Notes: generated by a model not told the origin, from the letters alone. 64,000 nt of DNA from an uncultured Acidobacteriota bacterium (GCA_963721405.1 CAVRJA010000014.1:909691-973690), one strand, 5' to 3'; counted from the stretch's first letter, positions 49,992 to 61,422 are shown. A program made the numbers and translations.

Positions 49992-52267
49992 AGTCAAAAC
50001 AGGCGGTGCTCGCCGGCGTCATTTTGGCGGCCGTGGTTTTTCAAACCACAGATCTGCCCGGCTGCGGACCGTTTTTCCCGGAGGCGGTGTTCACCGACAG
50101 GGTGCGCCCGGATTCGCCCCTGAAAGACTTCGCCCGGGGCCGTCTCGGGGTGTTGCAGCCGACCTACTGGCGCAGATATCTGGTCGTCGCGTACCGCTGC
50201 CTGTCGGGGCAGCCGCTCTCGCTCGTGGAGCAGAATGCGTTCGCGCCTGCGCCTGCGGCGGCCGCGGAACCAGGCGCTGCCGGATCGGAGCTTTCGTGGG
50301 CCAGCCCTGCAGTGAAGGAATGGCTCGATGCCAGGGGCAAAGTTGCCGGTCCCGGCGCGCCTCCCAGGATCGAGGTTTATCGGCGACCGAAGAACTCGAG
50401 CTGGCAGTCGTTCGTGAATTGCTCAGACGATGCGTTCCGGAATGCGCGCGGGACGCTCGAGACGCGCATCGCGGCCTTCGGTGCGGCACATCCGGGCATC
50501 AAGGCCTGGGTGGCTGCACAGGATGCGGTCTTCGCGAACTGTCATGAGGGTGCGGCGGTCCCGGCTGAGCCAAAAGAACCTCTGCCGCAAGTGCTGAAGT
50601 ACGACCTGGAGTATCAGATCGCCGCGGCTTATTTCTATGCGATGAACTATGACGAGGCGGCGCGCCGTTTCAGGGAGATTGCGGCCGAACCCGAATCGCC
50701 GCACAGCCGGATGGCTTCCTACCTGGAGGCCCGCTGTCTCATTCGCCAGGCGACGGTCCCCGCGCAGGAAGGGAAGGTCGATCTGCAGCTGCTGGCCCAG
50801 GCAGAGCAGCAACTGAAAACGATCCTTCAGGACAACCGGCTTCGCGACCTCCATCCCAGGGCAAGCCGATTGACGGATTTCATCGCCTTGCGGCTTCACC
50901 CACTTGAACAGGTCCGCATGCTTGCGAACAAGCTGAAAGATCCGGCTGCCGCAAGCGGGTTCGGGCAGAACCTGACCGACTACGAGTACCTGATGGACCG
51001 TGCGTACAGCGCCCCCCTGTCGGCCGGCATCCACCAGACGGACGACATGACCGACTGGATCCTGACAATGCAACGCCAGGGTAAGGACGACCTGGACCAT
51101 GCGCTCGGCAAGTGGGAGGCGACCGGCGGCAGCGCCTGGCTGCTCTGCGCGATCGGCAAGATCAGTGCGGGACACCCGGAATCCTCGAAGGTTCTAGCCG
51201 CCGCCGCGAAGCTCACGCAGGATTCGCCCGCCTTCCCAACGGTTCAATACCATCGCATCCGGTTGCTGCTGGAAGCGGGAAAAAACGATGAGGCCCGCAA
51301 GACCCTCGACGGCATCCTGCCCGGGCTGCGGGCATTGCCGGCGCGCTCTTCCCTTAATCTGTTTTTGGCCCAGCGCATGCGCCTGGCGAGGAATCTCGAA
51401 GAGTTTCTCCAATCGGCGCCGCGAACTGTGAGCCGCATCGAGAACCTGTGGCCGGGGGAGGGAAAACCCGACCCATACCTGCTGGCATGGTTCGATCGCG
51501 ATTCCGCCAGGGTATTCAACGAAGCCATGTCCCTGCCCGTCCTGCGCCGGGCAATCGCCACCAAGGCACTGCCTGCTCACCTGCGGAAACAGCTGATCCT
51601 TGCCGCATGGGTGCGGGCTGTTTTGCTCTCGGAGGATGACACCGCCGGCGCGCTCGCCGCCGACCTGGTGCTCAGCTATCCGGAGCTGAAGCCGGAACTC
51701 CAGGCGTGGAGCTCCGCAACCGGTCCTGAGTCCCGGCAGTTCGCTGCGGCGATGCTCATGATGCACTTTCCGGGCGTCAGTCCGTTCGTCCAGAGTGGCA
51801 TTCCCAGGCGCGCGCGGCTTGCCGGAATCGACGACTTCCAGGAAAACTGGTGGTGCGGATTCGGCATCGGCGGCGACCTGGACCAACCTACACGGGGCCG
51901 CAGAAGCTACTTGTTTGAGTATGACTCCGGTGGCCCCCGGCGCGCCGCGGCAAAGAGGAGGCCTGAACCGGCGGAATTCCCCCAATTCCTGGATTCAGCG
52001 GAGAAAGCGGCGCTGCTCGCCGAGTGGGGAAAACTGGCGGAGGTCGAAACTGCCCCCAGCTATTTCGGCAGGATCGTGATCTCCTGGGCTGCCCGGAACC
52101 CCGGGGACGCCCGAGTGCCCGAGGCGCTGCACCTGGTGGTCAAGGCCACGCGCTACGGCTGCAATGATGACGGCAGCGGGAGGTATTCGCGCCAGGCATT
52201 CGAGCTGCTGCACCAGAAGTACCCCGACAGCAAATGGGCCAAAATGACGCCGTATTGGTACAAGTGA
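49988..52267 (+). CDS. large hypothetical secreted protein (helical-repeat-rich)
   Basis: 759 aa with signal peptide MKSKQAVLAGVILAAVVFQTTDLPGC. Consistent coding statistics. No family recognised. Confidence 0.55.
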   Translation: MKSKQAVLAGVILAAVVFQTTDLPGCGPFFPEAVFTDRVRPDSPLKDFARGRLGVLQPTYWRRYLVVAYRCLSGQPLSLVEQNAFAPAPAAAAEPGAAGSELSWASPAVKEWLDARGKVAGPGAPPRIEVYRRPKNSSWQSFVNCSDDAFRNARGTLETRIAAFGAAHPGIKAWVAAQDAVFANCHEGAAVPAEPKEPLPQVLKYDLEYQIAAAYFYAMNYDEAARRFREIAAEPESPHSRMASYLEARCLIRQATVPAQEGKVDLQLLAQAEQQLKTILQDNRLRDLHPRASRLTDFIALRLHPLEQVRMLANKLKDPAAASGFGQNLTDYEYLMDRAYSAPLSAGIHQTDDMTDWILTMQRQGKDDLDHALGKWEATGGSAWLLCAIGKISAGHPESSKVLAAAAKLTQDSPAFPTVQYHRIRLLLEAGKNDEARKTLDGILPGLRALPARSSLNLFLAQRMRLARNLEEFLQSAPRTVSRIENLWPGEGKPDPYLLAWFDRDSARVFNEAMSLPVLRRAIATKALPAHLRKQLILAAWVRAVLLSEDDTAGALAADLVLSYPELKPELQAWSSATGPESRQFAAAMLMMHFPGVSPFVQSGIPRRARLAGIDDFQENWWCGFGIGGDLDQPTRGRRSYLFEYDSGGPRRAAAKRRPEPAEFPQFLDSAEKAALLAEWGKLAEVETAPSYFGRIVISWAARNPGDARVPEALHLVVKATRYGCNDDGSGRYSRQAFELLHQKYPDSKWAKMTPYWYK

Positions 52268-52276
52268 TGAGGGGAA

Positions 52277-53152
52277 TTACAGCTGGCGCCAGGAGCTGGG
52301 GCGAATCCGCGCCGAGAGCAGCACGAATGAAAGCTGCGCGAACGCCAGCAGGAATGCCGTCGTGCCCGCAATCATGCCGTAATAGGTGCCGTACTCGTAG
52401 TTCTGTTCCCGGCCCACCTTGAATCCGGGGATGCCGTAGTACCGGCCTTGAGTGGGCTCAGGCCTGACCGAATGGAGCAAGAGCGCAATCACTCCAACGA
52501 GGAGCGACAATGCCGCCAGGGCGGCGAGACGTCGTGCCCACCGGTGGAAGGTGTCGGAATGAGTCGCCGACTTCCCGAATGCCCCGTACCAGGCGGCAAC
52601 GGCGACGGCCACCGCCAGCCACCAGAGCCAATATGGCGCGCCCTGCTCCATCCGCGAGTCCTGCTGGAGGGCAAGCCTCTTCCAGAGCCCGAGAACCTCG
52701 AAAAGAACCGACAGCACACCGGCCGTGAGCAGGGCGGCGACGCAGACAATCACCCATCTTGACGCCTGCAGACGCCAGCGTTCGATAAATACTCCTCCGG
52801 GCGGAACCGAGGTTTGTGCACGGTACAGCAGGACTGCGCCGAGGAGGACTGCGGCGAGCCACGCGACTTTCAGCGACAGGCCGGCGACATCCAGCATCGA
52901 ACCACCGAAGTAACCCGGATGGATCTCGGCGGCGAACAGGAAAAACAACCACGGGCTTTCATAGAGGGGACTCGTCGGCTGCAGGCCCAGCATTCCCAGC
53001 AGAGAGATGTTTGTTTTCAGGGCAACCAGGAAGCTGATTCCGTAAATCACCAGGAGGCCGGCCAGGATGAGCCAGAGCACGACCAGCGGTCTCCGATGGG
53101 CTCTCATGGCGGAATTTTCTTTCTCACTGTGGAGCATCTCGTCGCCGGACAT
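52277..53152 (-). CDS. hypothetical polytopic membrane protein
   Basis: Start trimmed to the Met after the ankyrin gene stop (MSGDEMLHSEKENSAMRAHRRPLVVLWLILAGLLV). About eight predicted TM helices. Confidence 0.5.
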   Translation of the reverse strand: MSGDEMLHSEKENSAMRAHRRPLVVLWLILAGLLVIYGISFLVALKTNISLLGMLGLQPTSPLYESPWLFFLFAAEIHPGYFGGSMLDVAGLSLKVAWLAAVLLGAVLLYRAQTSVPPGGVFIERWRLQASRWVIVCVAALLTAGVLSVLFEVLGLWKRLALQQDSRMEQGAPYWLWWLAVAVAVAAWYGAFGKSATHSDTFHRWARRLAALAALSLLVGVIALLLHSVRPEPTQGRYYGIPGFKVGREQNYEYGTYYGMIAGTTAFLLAFAQLSFVLLSARIRPSSWRQL

Positions 53153-53187
53153 AGATCCCCGCTGTTCTTGAGCTGGGGCGGTTCGCC

Positions 53188-54042
53188 CTATATGTCTCCC
53201 TGCTGCCTGATGTCTTTGCCGCTCCGGCACCCTCTGCTCTTGAGAAACATCACCATTTCGCCGGCTTTGGCCCGGGTGGCCACGTCGAGCGGCGTAGAAG
53301 ACTCGGGAAAGATGCCCCAGGACTTGCCCGTCCTGGCATCTTTGTCCGCACCTTTCGCGATCAGGAGCCCGGCCGCTTCCGAACCCCCTTCGAAAGCGGC
53401 CCAGTGCAGCGGGGTCCAGCCGGATTCGTCGACGGCGTTGACATTGGCTCCCTTGGAGATCAGAAACTCGACGAACGGCAGTTTGCCCCAGTTCGCGGCA
53501 ATGTGCAGCGGCGTCTTGGCGGAACCGGCGCCCGCATTGAGATCGGCTCCTTTGGCCACCAGCAGCTTGACCCTGTCGAACGAGTCCCAGTAGCATGCCC
53601 AACCCAACGGCGTGATGCCGTCTTTTGCCTTGGCGTTCACATTCGCTCCTCTGGAGATCAGCAGTTCCACCACCTCCAGCGAGGCATTGAATATGGGGGT
53701 CATCAGAAAATCGTCGTTCTTCAGGCGATGGTCCGCGCCCTTCGCCAGAAGCAGTTCCGCGATCCGCCGGGTTTGTGCCAGATGCAGCGGCGTTTCACCG
53801 GCCTCGTTACGCGCATTGACGTTCGCTCCCTTGGCGATCAGGTCGGCGACCCTGGTGGCGCCGCCCGCGGACACCGCTTCCATGAGTTGTTCGTCGATTT
53901 TGCGCAGCGGAGCCGGCTTCGCCTGCGGCGCCAGGGGGTTTCCTCCGGAGGTTGCTCCGAGAGTTGCGGCCGCCAAAATCAGAGGAGCACACATCACCAG
54001 GGCAGCCATCCGGTTGGAGTGCCCACCAGAGGATCGATGCAT
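53188..54042 (-). CDS. secreted ankyrin-repeat protein
   Basis: Signal peptide (MAALVMCAPLILAAATLGA) and about six ankyrin repeats (GETPLHLA...LLAKGAD, G.TPLGWAC, KTPLHIAANWG...LISKGANVNAVDESGWTPLHWAA). Confidence 0.8.
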   Translation of the reverse strand: MHRSSGGHSNRMAALVMCAPLILAAATLGATSGGNPLAPQAKPAPLRKIDEQLMEAVSAGGATRVADLIAKGANVNARNEAGETPLHLAQTRRIAELLLAKGADHRLKNDDFLMTPIFNASLEVVELLISRGANVNAKAKDGITPLGWACYWDSFDRVKLLVAKGADLNAGAGSAKTPLHIAANWGKLPFVEFLISKGANVNAVDESGWTPLHWAAFEGGSEAAGLLIAKGADKDARTGKSWGIFPESSTPLDVATRAKAGEMVMFLKSRGCRSGKDIRQQGDI

Positions 54043-54443
54043 GATCACCTTCCTTTGAGTGCTTTTCAACCTCGAAGCTAGCGCCACTCCAACCCAATCG
54101 CAAGTCTTTATTTTCTTCGGGGCCGGACCGAGGCAAGTCCAACGACTGCCGCAATAGAGGGAAAAACGGCCTCAGAAACCGGCCTCAGATTCTGTTTTTG
54201 CCCACGTTTTCTGCCAATAAGCGTACACCGGGTACCGGGTGGGGTTATCATATATAGCAACAAAGCTACGGGGAAATTATCAAGACACGGATTGAAATGG
54301 GCAAACAATTCCGAAGCGGGAGGAAAAGTACGATGTTTGGAACCAGGAGGCTACTTCACCCCCTAGAGTCATCACCGAATTCCGGCGCGGCGCAAGCTGC
54401 CGTCAAGCGCTCGACGCGCCGTCCTCGTGTATCGTCATGGAAT

Positions 54444-56405
54444 ATGCGGATGCGGAACTTCGTTATGTCCCTTTCGATTCTCGCCCTGGCATTGGTCGCA
54501 TTGGCGCCTCCGCACGCCCCGGCGCAGGGACGCGGCGGCCGAAGCCCGGAGCTCGCCGCGCAGAGGAACGCAACCGAGCAGGCCCTGGAATCGATTGCCG
54601 TCATCGAGCGCAAGCTCATGGTGCCGATGCGTGACGGCAAGCTTATGGCGACGGACGTCTACCGCCCGAAGGACGCCTCCAGGAAATACCCCGCGATCTT
54701 CGTCCGCACGCCCTATAACTTCAACTACTGGGATGTGCGCAACGGCGCGCCGGGCGATATGAGCACCCAGCTGGATGCGGTGAAGCGCGGGTATGCCTAT
54801 GTCCTGATGAACGAACGCGGTCACTTTTTCTCCGAAGGCAACTACGATATTCTCGGCCCGCCGCGCAGCGACGGCGGCGACGCCATCTCATGGATAGCCC
54901 GGCAGCCGTGGTCCAACGGCAAAGTCGGCACCATCGGGTGCTCCTCGACCGCCGAATGGCAACTGGGAGTCGCCGCCCTCGGCAACCCGGCGTACGCGGC
55001 AATGATCCCGCAGGGATTCGGCGCAGGCGTGGGAAGGGTGGCCCCGTACTACGAGCAGGGAAACTGGTATCGCGGCGGCGCGGTCCAGATGCTTTTCATT
55101 GCATGGCTTTATGGAGAGCAGAACCAGGTGCGGCCGATGTTCCCTCCGGACACGTCGCAGGAGGATCTCATCCGCGTGTCGAAGTCGTTTGACCTGGCAC
55201 AGCAGTTGCCGCCGGTCGACTGGTCGCAGGCGCTGCGGCACCTGCCCGTGATGGACATCATCAAGGCTGTCGACGGCCCTCAAGGAATTTTTGCCGACCC
55301 GATGCCCGTCGACACCGGCGGTGCGATGATCCGGCGGACGCCGAACGATCCGGCGTGGTACCGGGGAGGCCTGTGGCACGACAACATGCCGGTCAACGTT
55401 CCGGGATTCTGGTTCATGTCGTGGTACGACGTCTCCGTGGGCCCGAACCTGGCCGCCTACAACCATGTGCGCAGGACGGCAAAGCCGGAGATCGCAAACC
55501 AACAGTACGCCGTGATTGCGCCGACACTGCACTGCGGATACAAGCGCGCCTCCGAGAACACGATCGTCGGCGAGCGCAGCATGGGCGATGCCCGGCTCGA
55601 CTATGACGCGCTGACTTACGGTTGGTTCGACCACTTCCTCAAAGGAGAGGACAATCACGTGCTGGAGACCATGCCCAGAGTCCGCTATTACACGATGGGG
55701 ATCAACAAGTGGCAGACGTCGGACACATGGCCGCCACAGGGAGCGCAACCGATGACCTTTTTCCTGTCAAGCGGCGGCAAGGCGAACACTCTCGACGGCG
55801 ACGGCACCCTGGCTCCAACGCCGCCTGCGTCGGACAATCCGGACAGCTTCACCTACGATCCCATGAACCCTGTCCCATCGTTCGGCGGCAACGTCTGCTG
55901 CACGGGCAATGCGGTCTCCGGCGGAGCGTTTGACCAGCGCCAGATGGAAACGCGCCCTGACATCCTGGTTTACACAACAGCACCTCTTAAGGAGGGGATC
56001 GAAGTGAGCGGCCCGATCGAGGTGACGCTCTACACGTCGTCGGATGCCAGGGACACCGATTTCACGGTAAAGCTGATCGATGTAGATCCCGGCGGCCCGG
56101 CCTACAACCTGGACGAGACGATCCAGCGGCTCCGCTACCGCGACGGTTACGACAAGCCCCCGGTGTGGATGGAAGCGGGCAAGGTCTACAAGGTGGCGCT
56201 GCAGCCGTTGACGACGAGCAACTACTTCGAAGCCGGGCACCGGATCCGCATCGAAGTGTCCAGCAGCAACTTCCCGCGTTTCGACCGGAACATGAACACC
56301 GGCGGCAACAACTACGACGAGGCCAATGGGGTCGTCGCGCACAATGCAGTCCACCACTCGAAGCAATATCCGTCGCAGGTCACGATCACGGTGGTCAAGC
56401 GGTGA
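54444..56405 (+). CDS. CocE/NonD family hydrolase (X-Pro dipeptidyl-peptidase S15-like) with C-terminal PepX_C domain
   Basis: Signal peptide [23 protein letters not shown]. Alpha/beta-hydrolase core ([23 protein letters not shown]). Beta-sandwich C-terminus ([26 protein letters not shown]). Confidence 0.8.
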   Translation: MRMRNFVMSLSILALALVALAPPHAPAQGRGGRSPELAAQRNATEQALESIAVIERKLMVPMRDGKLMATDVYRPKDASRKYPAIFVRTPYNFNYWDVRNGAPGDMSTQLDAVKRGYAYVLMNERGHFFSEGNYDILGPPRSDGGDAISWIARQPWSNGKVGTIGCSSTAEWQLGVAALGNPAYAAMIPQGFGAGVGRVAPYYEQGNWYRGGAVQMLFIAWLYGEQNQVRPMFPPDTSQEDLIRVSKSFDLAQQLPPVDWSQALRHLPVMDIIKAVDGPQGIFADPMPVDTGGAMIRRTPNDPAWYRGGLWHDNMPVNVPGFWFMSWYDVSVGPNLAAYNHVRRTAKPEIANQQYAVIAPTLHCGYKRASENTIVGERSMGDARLDYDALTYGWFDHFLKGEDNHVLETMPRVRYYTMGINKWQTSDTWPPQGAQPMTFFLSSGGKANTLDGDGTLAPTPPASDNPDSFTYDPMNPVPSFGGNVCCTGNAVSGGAFDQRQMETRPDILVYTTAPLKEGIEVSGPIEVTLYTSSDARDTDFTVKLIDVDPGGPAYNLDETIQRLRYRDGYDKPPVWMEAGKVYKVALQPLTTSNYFEAGHRIRIEVSSSNFPRFDRNMNTGGNNYDEANGVVAHNAVHHSKQYPSQVTITVVKR

Positions 56406-56639
56406 GGCTCGAACAAGCTCTGTCGCAAGAGCAGGTCCCGTCCGAGTACGTCCCGGCCGCCGGACGGGACCCCTCACAATCCCGACCGGATCCAAAAAGC
56501 GATGCCCGGCTTCCTGCCGCGCATTCGGCGATGCCCGGAGCATCACGCCCGGCTGGAAGGCAGCACATTTTCGGCATTGCCGGACAAAGGGGGAGTGACG
56601 GCGGTTGTCGGAAGTCCGCGGTCCCGTCCGGCGAGAATG

Positions 56640-56830
56640 TCTCAAAACCAGGCGTCCTGGAGGGACGCAGAGAGAGTAGCCGGGGGCGAGCCGCTCAGCG
56701 GCGCCGCCCCCGGACAGGCCAGGCAAGTGGTGAGAGCCCCGGCAGGGGCGACAGAAGTCATTTGTTTGCAGATGTTTTCTGTCGCCCCTGCCGGGGCTCG
56801 ATTCCTCCTTCGTCCTTTATCCCGGGCGGC
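56640..56830. repeat. palindromic repeat related to the MITE-like element at 12395..12710
   Basis: Shares AGAGAGTAGCCGGGGGCGAGC...GCCCCCGG and a near-perfect hairpin GAGCCCCGGCAGGGGCGACAGAAGTCATTTG / TTTCTGTCGCCCCTGCCGGGGCTC. Confidence 0.55.
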
Positions 56831-57100
56831 GCTTCGCTTTCCCGGGGCTACTGTCTCCGGCCCTTCCAGGGCTGGAATTGAGGGCATATCGCCGGGAGCA
56901 CGAGTTTTGAGACGGGCTCGGCGGCCGGGATGAGGCTGATGTGGCAATGCGCGCCTCCTCGCGGCTTGCCTATCAACCGTTGGACACCCTCGTAGTCGCG
57001 CTGCATCGGGAAAGGCGCGAAGCCTCAAGCCCACTCGAGCGTCGCATCGTGCCGGAAACCGCCGCGAGGACCTGCTGATTCTGTTACGATAACCGACGTT

Positions 57101-58339
57101 ATGTCTCCGGCCCCCTCAGTCACCGGCACACGCACCCTGGCCCCCGACGCAATCATCCTGTTTGTCACCCGTATCGTGAGATTGTTCGCCTACGGGTTTC
57201 TTTCCGTTATCCTGGCTCTCTACCTTGCCGAGCTGGGATTGAGCGAAGCCGCCATCGGCGGACTTTTCACCTTCACGCTCCTCGGGGATGCGGGCATTTC
57301 GCTTTGGATCACCACCTCCGCCGACCGGATCGGCCGCAGACGCATGCTTCTGCTCGGCGCGTTTCTGATGATTTTCGCCGGCATCCTGTTTGCGCTCACG
57401 GCGGAATTTGTCGTGCTGGTTGTCGCGGCGATTATCGGAGTCATCAGCCCGAGCGGCAATGAGATCGGACCTTTTCTCTCCATCGAACAGGCCGCCCTGT
57501 CGGAGATCCTCCCGGACCGTCATCGCACCCGTGTCTTTGCCTGGTACAACCTGGTCGGTTCGTTTGCGACCGCGACCGGGGCTTTGGCGAGCGGCGGGCT
57601 GGTGCAAGTGCTCCAGGCTGTCGGCTACACTCCTCTGGAGAGTTACCGTGTTGTGGTCGTCGGATATTCGCTTGTGGGTTTTGTGCTGGTGCTGCTGTTC
57701 AGCCGCCTGTCGGCGCACATCGAGGCTGTACAGAAGGCGATTCTGCCGCGCAGATTAGGCCTGCACCGGTCACGGACGGTAGTGGTCAAGCTGTCGGCGT
57801 TGTTCGCGCTGGACGCTTTTGCCGGCGGTTTCATCGTGCAGTCCCTGCTCGCCTATTGGTTCCGGATGCGCTGGGGCGTCGAACCGGCCGTGCTTGGCGG
57901 CGTCTTTTTCGGCGCCAACGTCCTGGCCGGGATTTCGGCGCTCACTGCGGCGCGCATCGCGGATCGCATCGGACTGATTAAGACGATGGTCTTGACGCAC
58001 ATCCCATCCAACATACTGCTGATGTTCGTGCCGCTGATGCCCAATCTGCCGCTGGCAGTGGCCGTCCTCCTGGCGCGATTCTCGATTTCGCAGATGGATG
58101 TGCCCACGCGGCAATCGTACACGATGGCCGTTGTCGCCCCCGACGAGCGCTCCGCCGCCTCGGGCGTCACAACGATCGCCCGATCGATCGGCGCGGCCTG
58201 GTCCCCCTGGCTCACGGGCGCATTGCTGCAGACTGCCTTCATTTCGACTCCATTCTTTCTGGCAGGCGGACTCAAGATCGCTTACGATCTGCTGATCTAT
58301 CGCAGTTTCCACGCCCTGAAGCCGCCGGAAGAGACGTAG
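57101..58339 (+). CDS. MFS transporter
   Basis: 412 aa with 12 predicted TM helices. MFS signature-like loop GxxxDRxGRR (SADRIGRRRM, ARIADRIG). Confidence 0.85.
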   Translation: MSPAPSVTGTRTLAPDAIILFVTRIVRLFAYGFLSVILALYLAELGLSEAAIGGLFTFTLLGDAGISLWITTSADRIGRRRMLLLGAFLMIFAGILFALTAEFVVLVVAAIIGVISPSGNEIGPFLSIEQAALSEILPDRHRTRVFAWYNLVGSFATATGALASGGLVQVLQAVGYTPLESYRVVVVGYSLVGFVLVLLFSRLSAHIEAVQKAILPRRLGLHRSRTVVVKLSALFALDAFAGGFIVQSLLAYWFRMRWGVEPAVLGGVFFGANVLAGISALTAARIADRIGLIKTMVLTHIPSNILLMFVPLMPNLPLAVAVLLARFSISQMDVPTRQSYTMAVVAPDERSAASGVTTIARSIGAAWSPWLTGALLQTAFISTPFFLAGGLKIAYDLLIYRSFHALKPPEET

Positions 58340-58570
58340 CCGTCAGCCGCACCACTCACGGCGGATTTCCCTCGGTATATTGCTCCGAGAGTGAACCCCT
58401 CATATCTTCTAGCCCGTAATTGACGATTCGTTTACAATGGAGACAGTCGACTCACAAATTCTCACTACTTACGCCGGCAGCCGATGGTATCTGGGCGACC
58501 CCTTCCCGGCAGGCGAGTTTGGCGCAGCCTGGAAGCGGGGGCTTTGCACACAGACTGGCAGGTGGACGGC

Positions 58571-61408
58571 ATGGACGCCGAACGCTGGCAACAGATCATG
58601 CGCATCCTCGAGCCGCTGCTGAACCAGCCGCCCGCCGATCTGAACGCTTACCTCGATCAGGCCTGTGCGGGAAACCGGGAATTGAGGCGCGAGGTCGAAT
58701 CCATGATTGCAATGGATCGCGAGGGCGGCTTTTTCGAGGCGCACAGCAATGAACTGGGAGCACTGGCGGCGGATTTTTTTAACTACAACGCGCCCCTGCT
58801 TTCCCCGGGAACCCGCGTCGCGGGCTATGTAATAGAAAGTTTTCGGGGCCGCGGCGGCATGGGTGCCGTCTATCGGGCGCAAGATGCAAAACTGCGGAGG
58901 GCGGTGGCGATCAAGGTCCTGGCCACGCGTGTCCTCCAGGACACGGATGCGCGCCGGCGCTTCCTGATCGAAGCCCGAGCACTCGCGCAGATCAGCCATC
59001 CCAATATCGTAACCGTCTACGATGTCGACCGCTCGGACGATGTTGACTTCATCGCCATGGAGTGGATTGAAGGGAGCAGGCTGGACCAACTGATCGGAGA
59101 AGAAGGCCTCCCTCTGGACGATGCGTTGAGATGCGCCGTTCAGGTTGCAGACGCGCTCGCTCTGGCGCATGCAAAGGGCATTGTCCACCGCGACCTGAAA
59201 CCCTCGAACATCATGATCACCTCCACCGGCTCGGTAAAAGTTCTCGACTTCGGCCTGGCGAAGCTCTCGAGAGAGAGGCCCGCCGAAGATTCAACCGTCA
59301 GCGACAACACCGTCACAGCCACGGGGAGGATCATCGGCACTGCGGACTACATGTCGCCGGAACAGGCATTGGGAAAAGTCGTTGACTGGCGCTCGGACAT
59401 ATTCAGCTTCGGCTCCGTAGTGTACGAGATGATTTCCGGCCGGCATCCGTTCATTGGAGACTCGGCCATCGCTACGGTCGCGGCTATCATCAAGGATGAG
59501 CCACAGCCTCTCGACGCCAGAGTCCCCGCCGGTCTTCAGTCGGTTGTGCGACGCTGTCTGAGAAAAGAACCAGGAGAACGATTCCAGGCGATGGCCGACG
59601 TCAAGGCCGCGCTCGACCAGATCAGTCAGGAACGGTGGATCGCGCGGTTGCCGAATCGAGGCGGATCTCTGTCCGGGAGAGCCAGGAATGCCGGGTTGGC
59701 GGTGCTCCTCCTTACTGTCGCGGCGCTGGCGGCATTCTCCCTATGGCGATTATGGACAGATGCGGCTGCCGGCCAACGGCTGCCTGAGTTTGTAGTCAGT
59801 CAGATAACCAGCAGCTCAAGCTGGGAGGGCGAACCTGAAATATCACCGGACGGCAACCGGGTCGCATTCTCGTCCAATGCATCCGGCAACTCCGATATGT
59901 ATGTGACGGATATTGACGGGAGGGGACAACAGCAGATCACGACCGATCCGGCCGAAGACGGCCAGGCTGTGTGGTATCCGGACGGCAGCGCCATTGCTTT
60001 TTTCTCTGACCGGAATGGCAGGCCGGGAATCTGGAAGACCGGCCCCCTCGGCGGAGGGGCGACGCCACTGATTGAAAATGCCATTTACCCGGCGATATCG
60101 CCGGATCACACCAGGATTGCGTTTGATCGGATAACACCGAGCGGATTCGGCATCGCCGTGGCGCCGTTGAACAATCCTGAGAAAATCAATATGCTTACCA
60201 ATCGCCCCGGCGAGCCTGTTTCTGCCGGCAATCCTGCCTGGTCGCGGGACAGCCGCCGGATCTGCTATGTAGACCGGCAGGAGTTGTGGATCGTAGACGC
60301 CTCGGGCGGCAGCCTGAGGCAGCTGACGTTCGACGGACAATATAAGGACGATCCGTGCTGGTCTCCAGACGGCAGCCGTATCTATTACTCTTCTTATCTG
60401 GGCGGCGCACGGGCAATCTGGCGGATCAGTTCCGATGGAGGGGCTTCCGAGCGGGTGACTGCCGGCACTGCGCAAGAGAGCCACCCGAGCATCTCCAGGG
60501 ATGGCACGCGGCTTGTGTATGCCACCGACAGCACGGAGCGAGGGATTGCAGTTGTCGACAGGCGTTCAGGTGCGAGGACCTTCGTACCGGGGCGCCAATG
60601 GTTCATGCCCTCGATTTCCAGAGATGGTTCCCTGGTGGTGTTTATCTCGATCCGTTCAGGCTTTGACGTCACGCTTTGGATGCAGAAGCTGGAAAACGGC
60701 CGGCCGGCGGACGTGCCCAATCTGCTGGCGCGACTCGAAGGGAATCTGTCCCAACCCGCCATTTCGCCCGATGGGAAATGGATCACTTGCCTCCGGATAC
60801 TCAACAACAAACGGGAAATTCTCAGCATTCCCTCGTCCGGCGGGAATCCGATCCAGCTTACCGAGGAGCCACCCATGAGTGTGACCCCGGCCTGGTCGCC
60901 GGATGGATCCATGATCGCCTTCGCCACGAAGAGCGGCGCGGGCTCGGAAATACGCACTGCCCGTGTGGTAAACGGCAGCCGTGACGGCGCCTTCCGCAAG
61001 GTCGCAGCTTCGGATGCAATTGCTTATGCTCCTTCCTGGTCGCCCGATGGGGGAATGCTGGCCTACATGGAGTCGCGGGGAAGTCAGTCGGAGGCATGGA
61101 TCGTTCCGAGTAACGGCAGCGCCCCGCCGCGACCAATCGTAAAAGGTGTAACTGCCAAGCGGGTCGTATGGGACCCGGACACGGGCGACCTTCTCGTCAG
61201 CGCCGCCTGGGCGAACGATAAAGTCACGATCCGCAGAGTGTCCGTCGCGACAGGCGTTTCCACCCCTTTTCTTCCCGAGATCGAGTTTGGCGGAGTCCAG
61301 GCCAACGGGCTGTTCGATGTTTCCGCGGACGGTAAATGGCTGGTGTTTACGAAGGAGGATGTATCAGGCCATATCTGGATGTTGAAAGCCACAAAAGGCG
61401 TCTTTTAA
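58571..61408 (+). CDS. Ser/Thr protein kinase with TM helix and C-terminal TolB-like (PD40) beta-propeller
   Basis: Kinase motifs (GRGGMGAVYRA, AIKVL, HRDLKPSNIMI, DFGLAKL, SPEQ). TM (LAVLLLTVAALAAFSLW). Repeated SPDG..IAF/YSS PD40 blades. Start at the internal ATG (MDAERWQQIM) with AGGTGGA RBS. Confidence 0.85.
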   Translation: MDAERWQQIMRILEPLLNQPPADLNAYLDQACAGNRELRREVESMIAMDREGGFFEAHSNELGALAADFFNYNAPLLSPGTRVAGYVIESFRGRGGMGAVYRAQDAKLRRAVAIKVLATRVLQDTDARRRFLIEARALAQISHPNIVTVYDVDRSDDVDFIAMEWIEGSRLDQLIGEEGLPLDDALRCAVQVADALALAHAKGIVHRDLKPSNIMITSTGSVKVLDFGLAKLSRERPAEDSTVSDNTVTATGRIIGTADYMSPEQALGKVVDWRSDIFSFGSVVYEMISGRHPFIGDSAIATVAAIIKDEPQPLDARVPAGLQSVVRRCLRKEPGERFQAMADVKAALDQISQERWIARLPNRGGSLSGRARNAGLAVLLLTVAALAAFSLWRLWTDAAAGQRLPEFVVSQITSSSSWEGEPEISPDGNRVAFSSNASGNSDMYVTDIDGRGQQQITTDPAEDGQAVWYPDGSAIAFFSDRNGRPGIWKTGPLGGGATPLIENAIYPAISPDHTRIAFDRITPSGFGIAVAPLNNPEKINMLTNRPGEPVSAGNPAWSRDSRRICYVDRQELWIVDASGGSLRQLTFDGQYKDDPCWSPDGSRIYYSSYLGGARAIWRISSDGGASERVTAGTAQESHPSISRDGTRLVYATDSTERGIAVVDRRSGARTFVPGRQWFMPSISRDGSLVVFISIRSGFDVTLWMQKLENGRPADVPNLLARLEGNLSQPAISPDGKWITCLRILNNKREILSIPSSGGNPIQLTEEPPMSVTPAWSPDGSMIAFATKSGAGSEIRTARVVNGSRDGAFRKVAASDAIAYAPSWSPDGGMLAYMESRGSQSEAWIVPSNGSAPPRPIVKGVTAKRVVWDPDTGDLLVSAAWANDKVTIRRVSVATGVSTPFLPEIEFGGVQANGLFDVSADGKWLVFTKEDVSGHIWMLKATKGVF

Positions 61409-61422
61409 ACAGGAGGGTTCCA

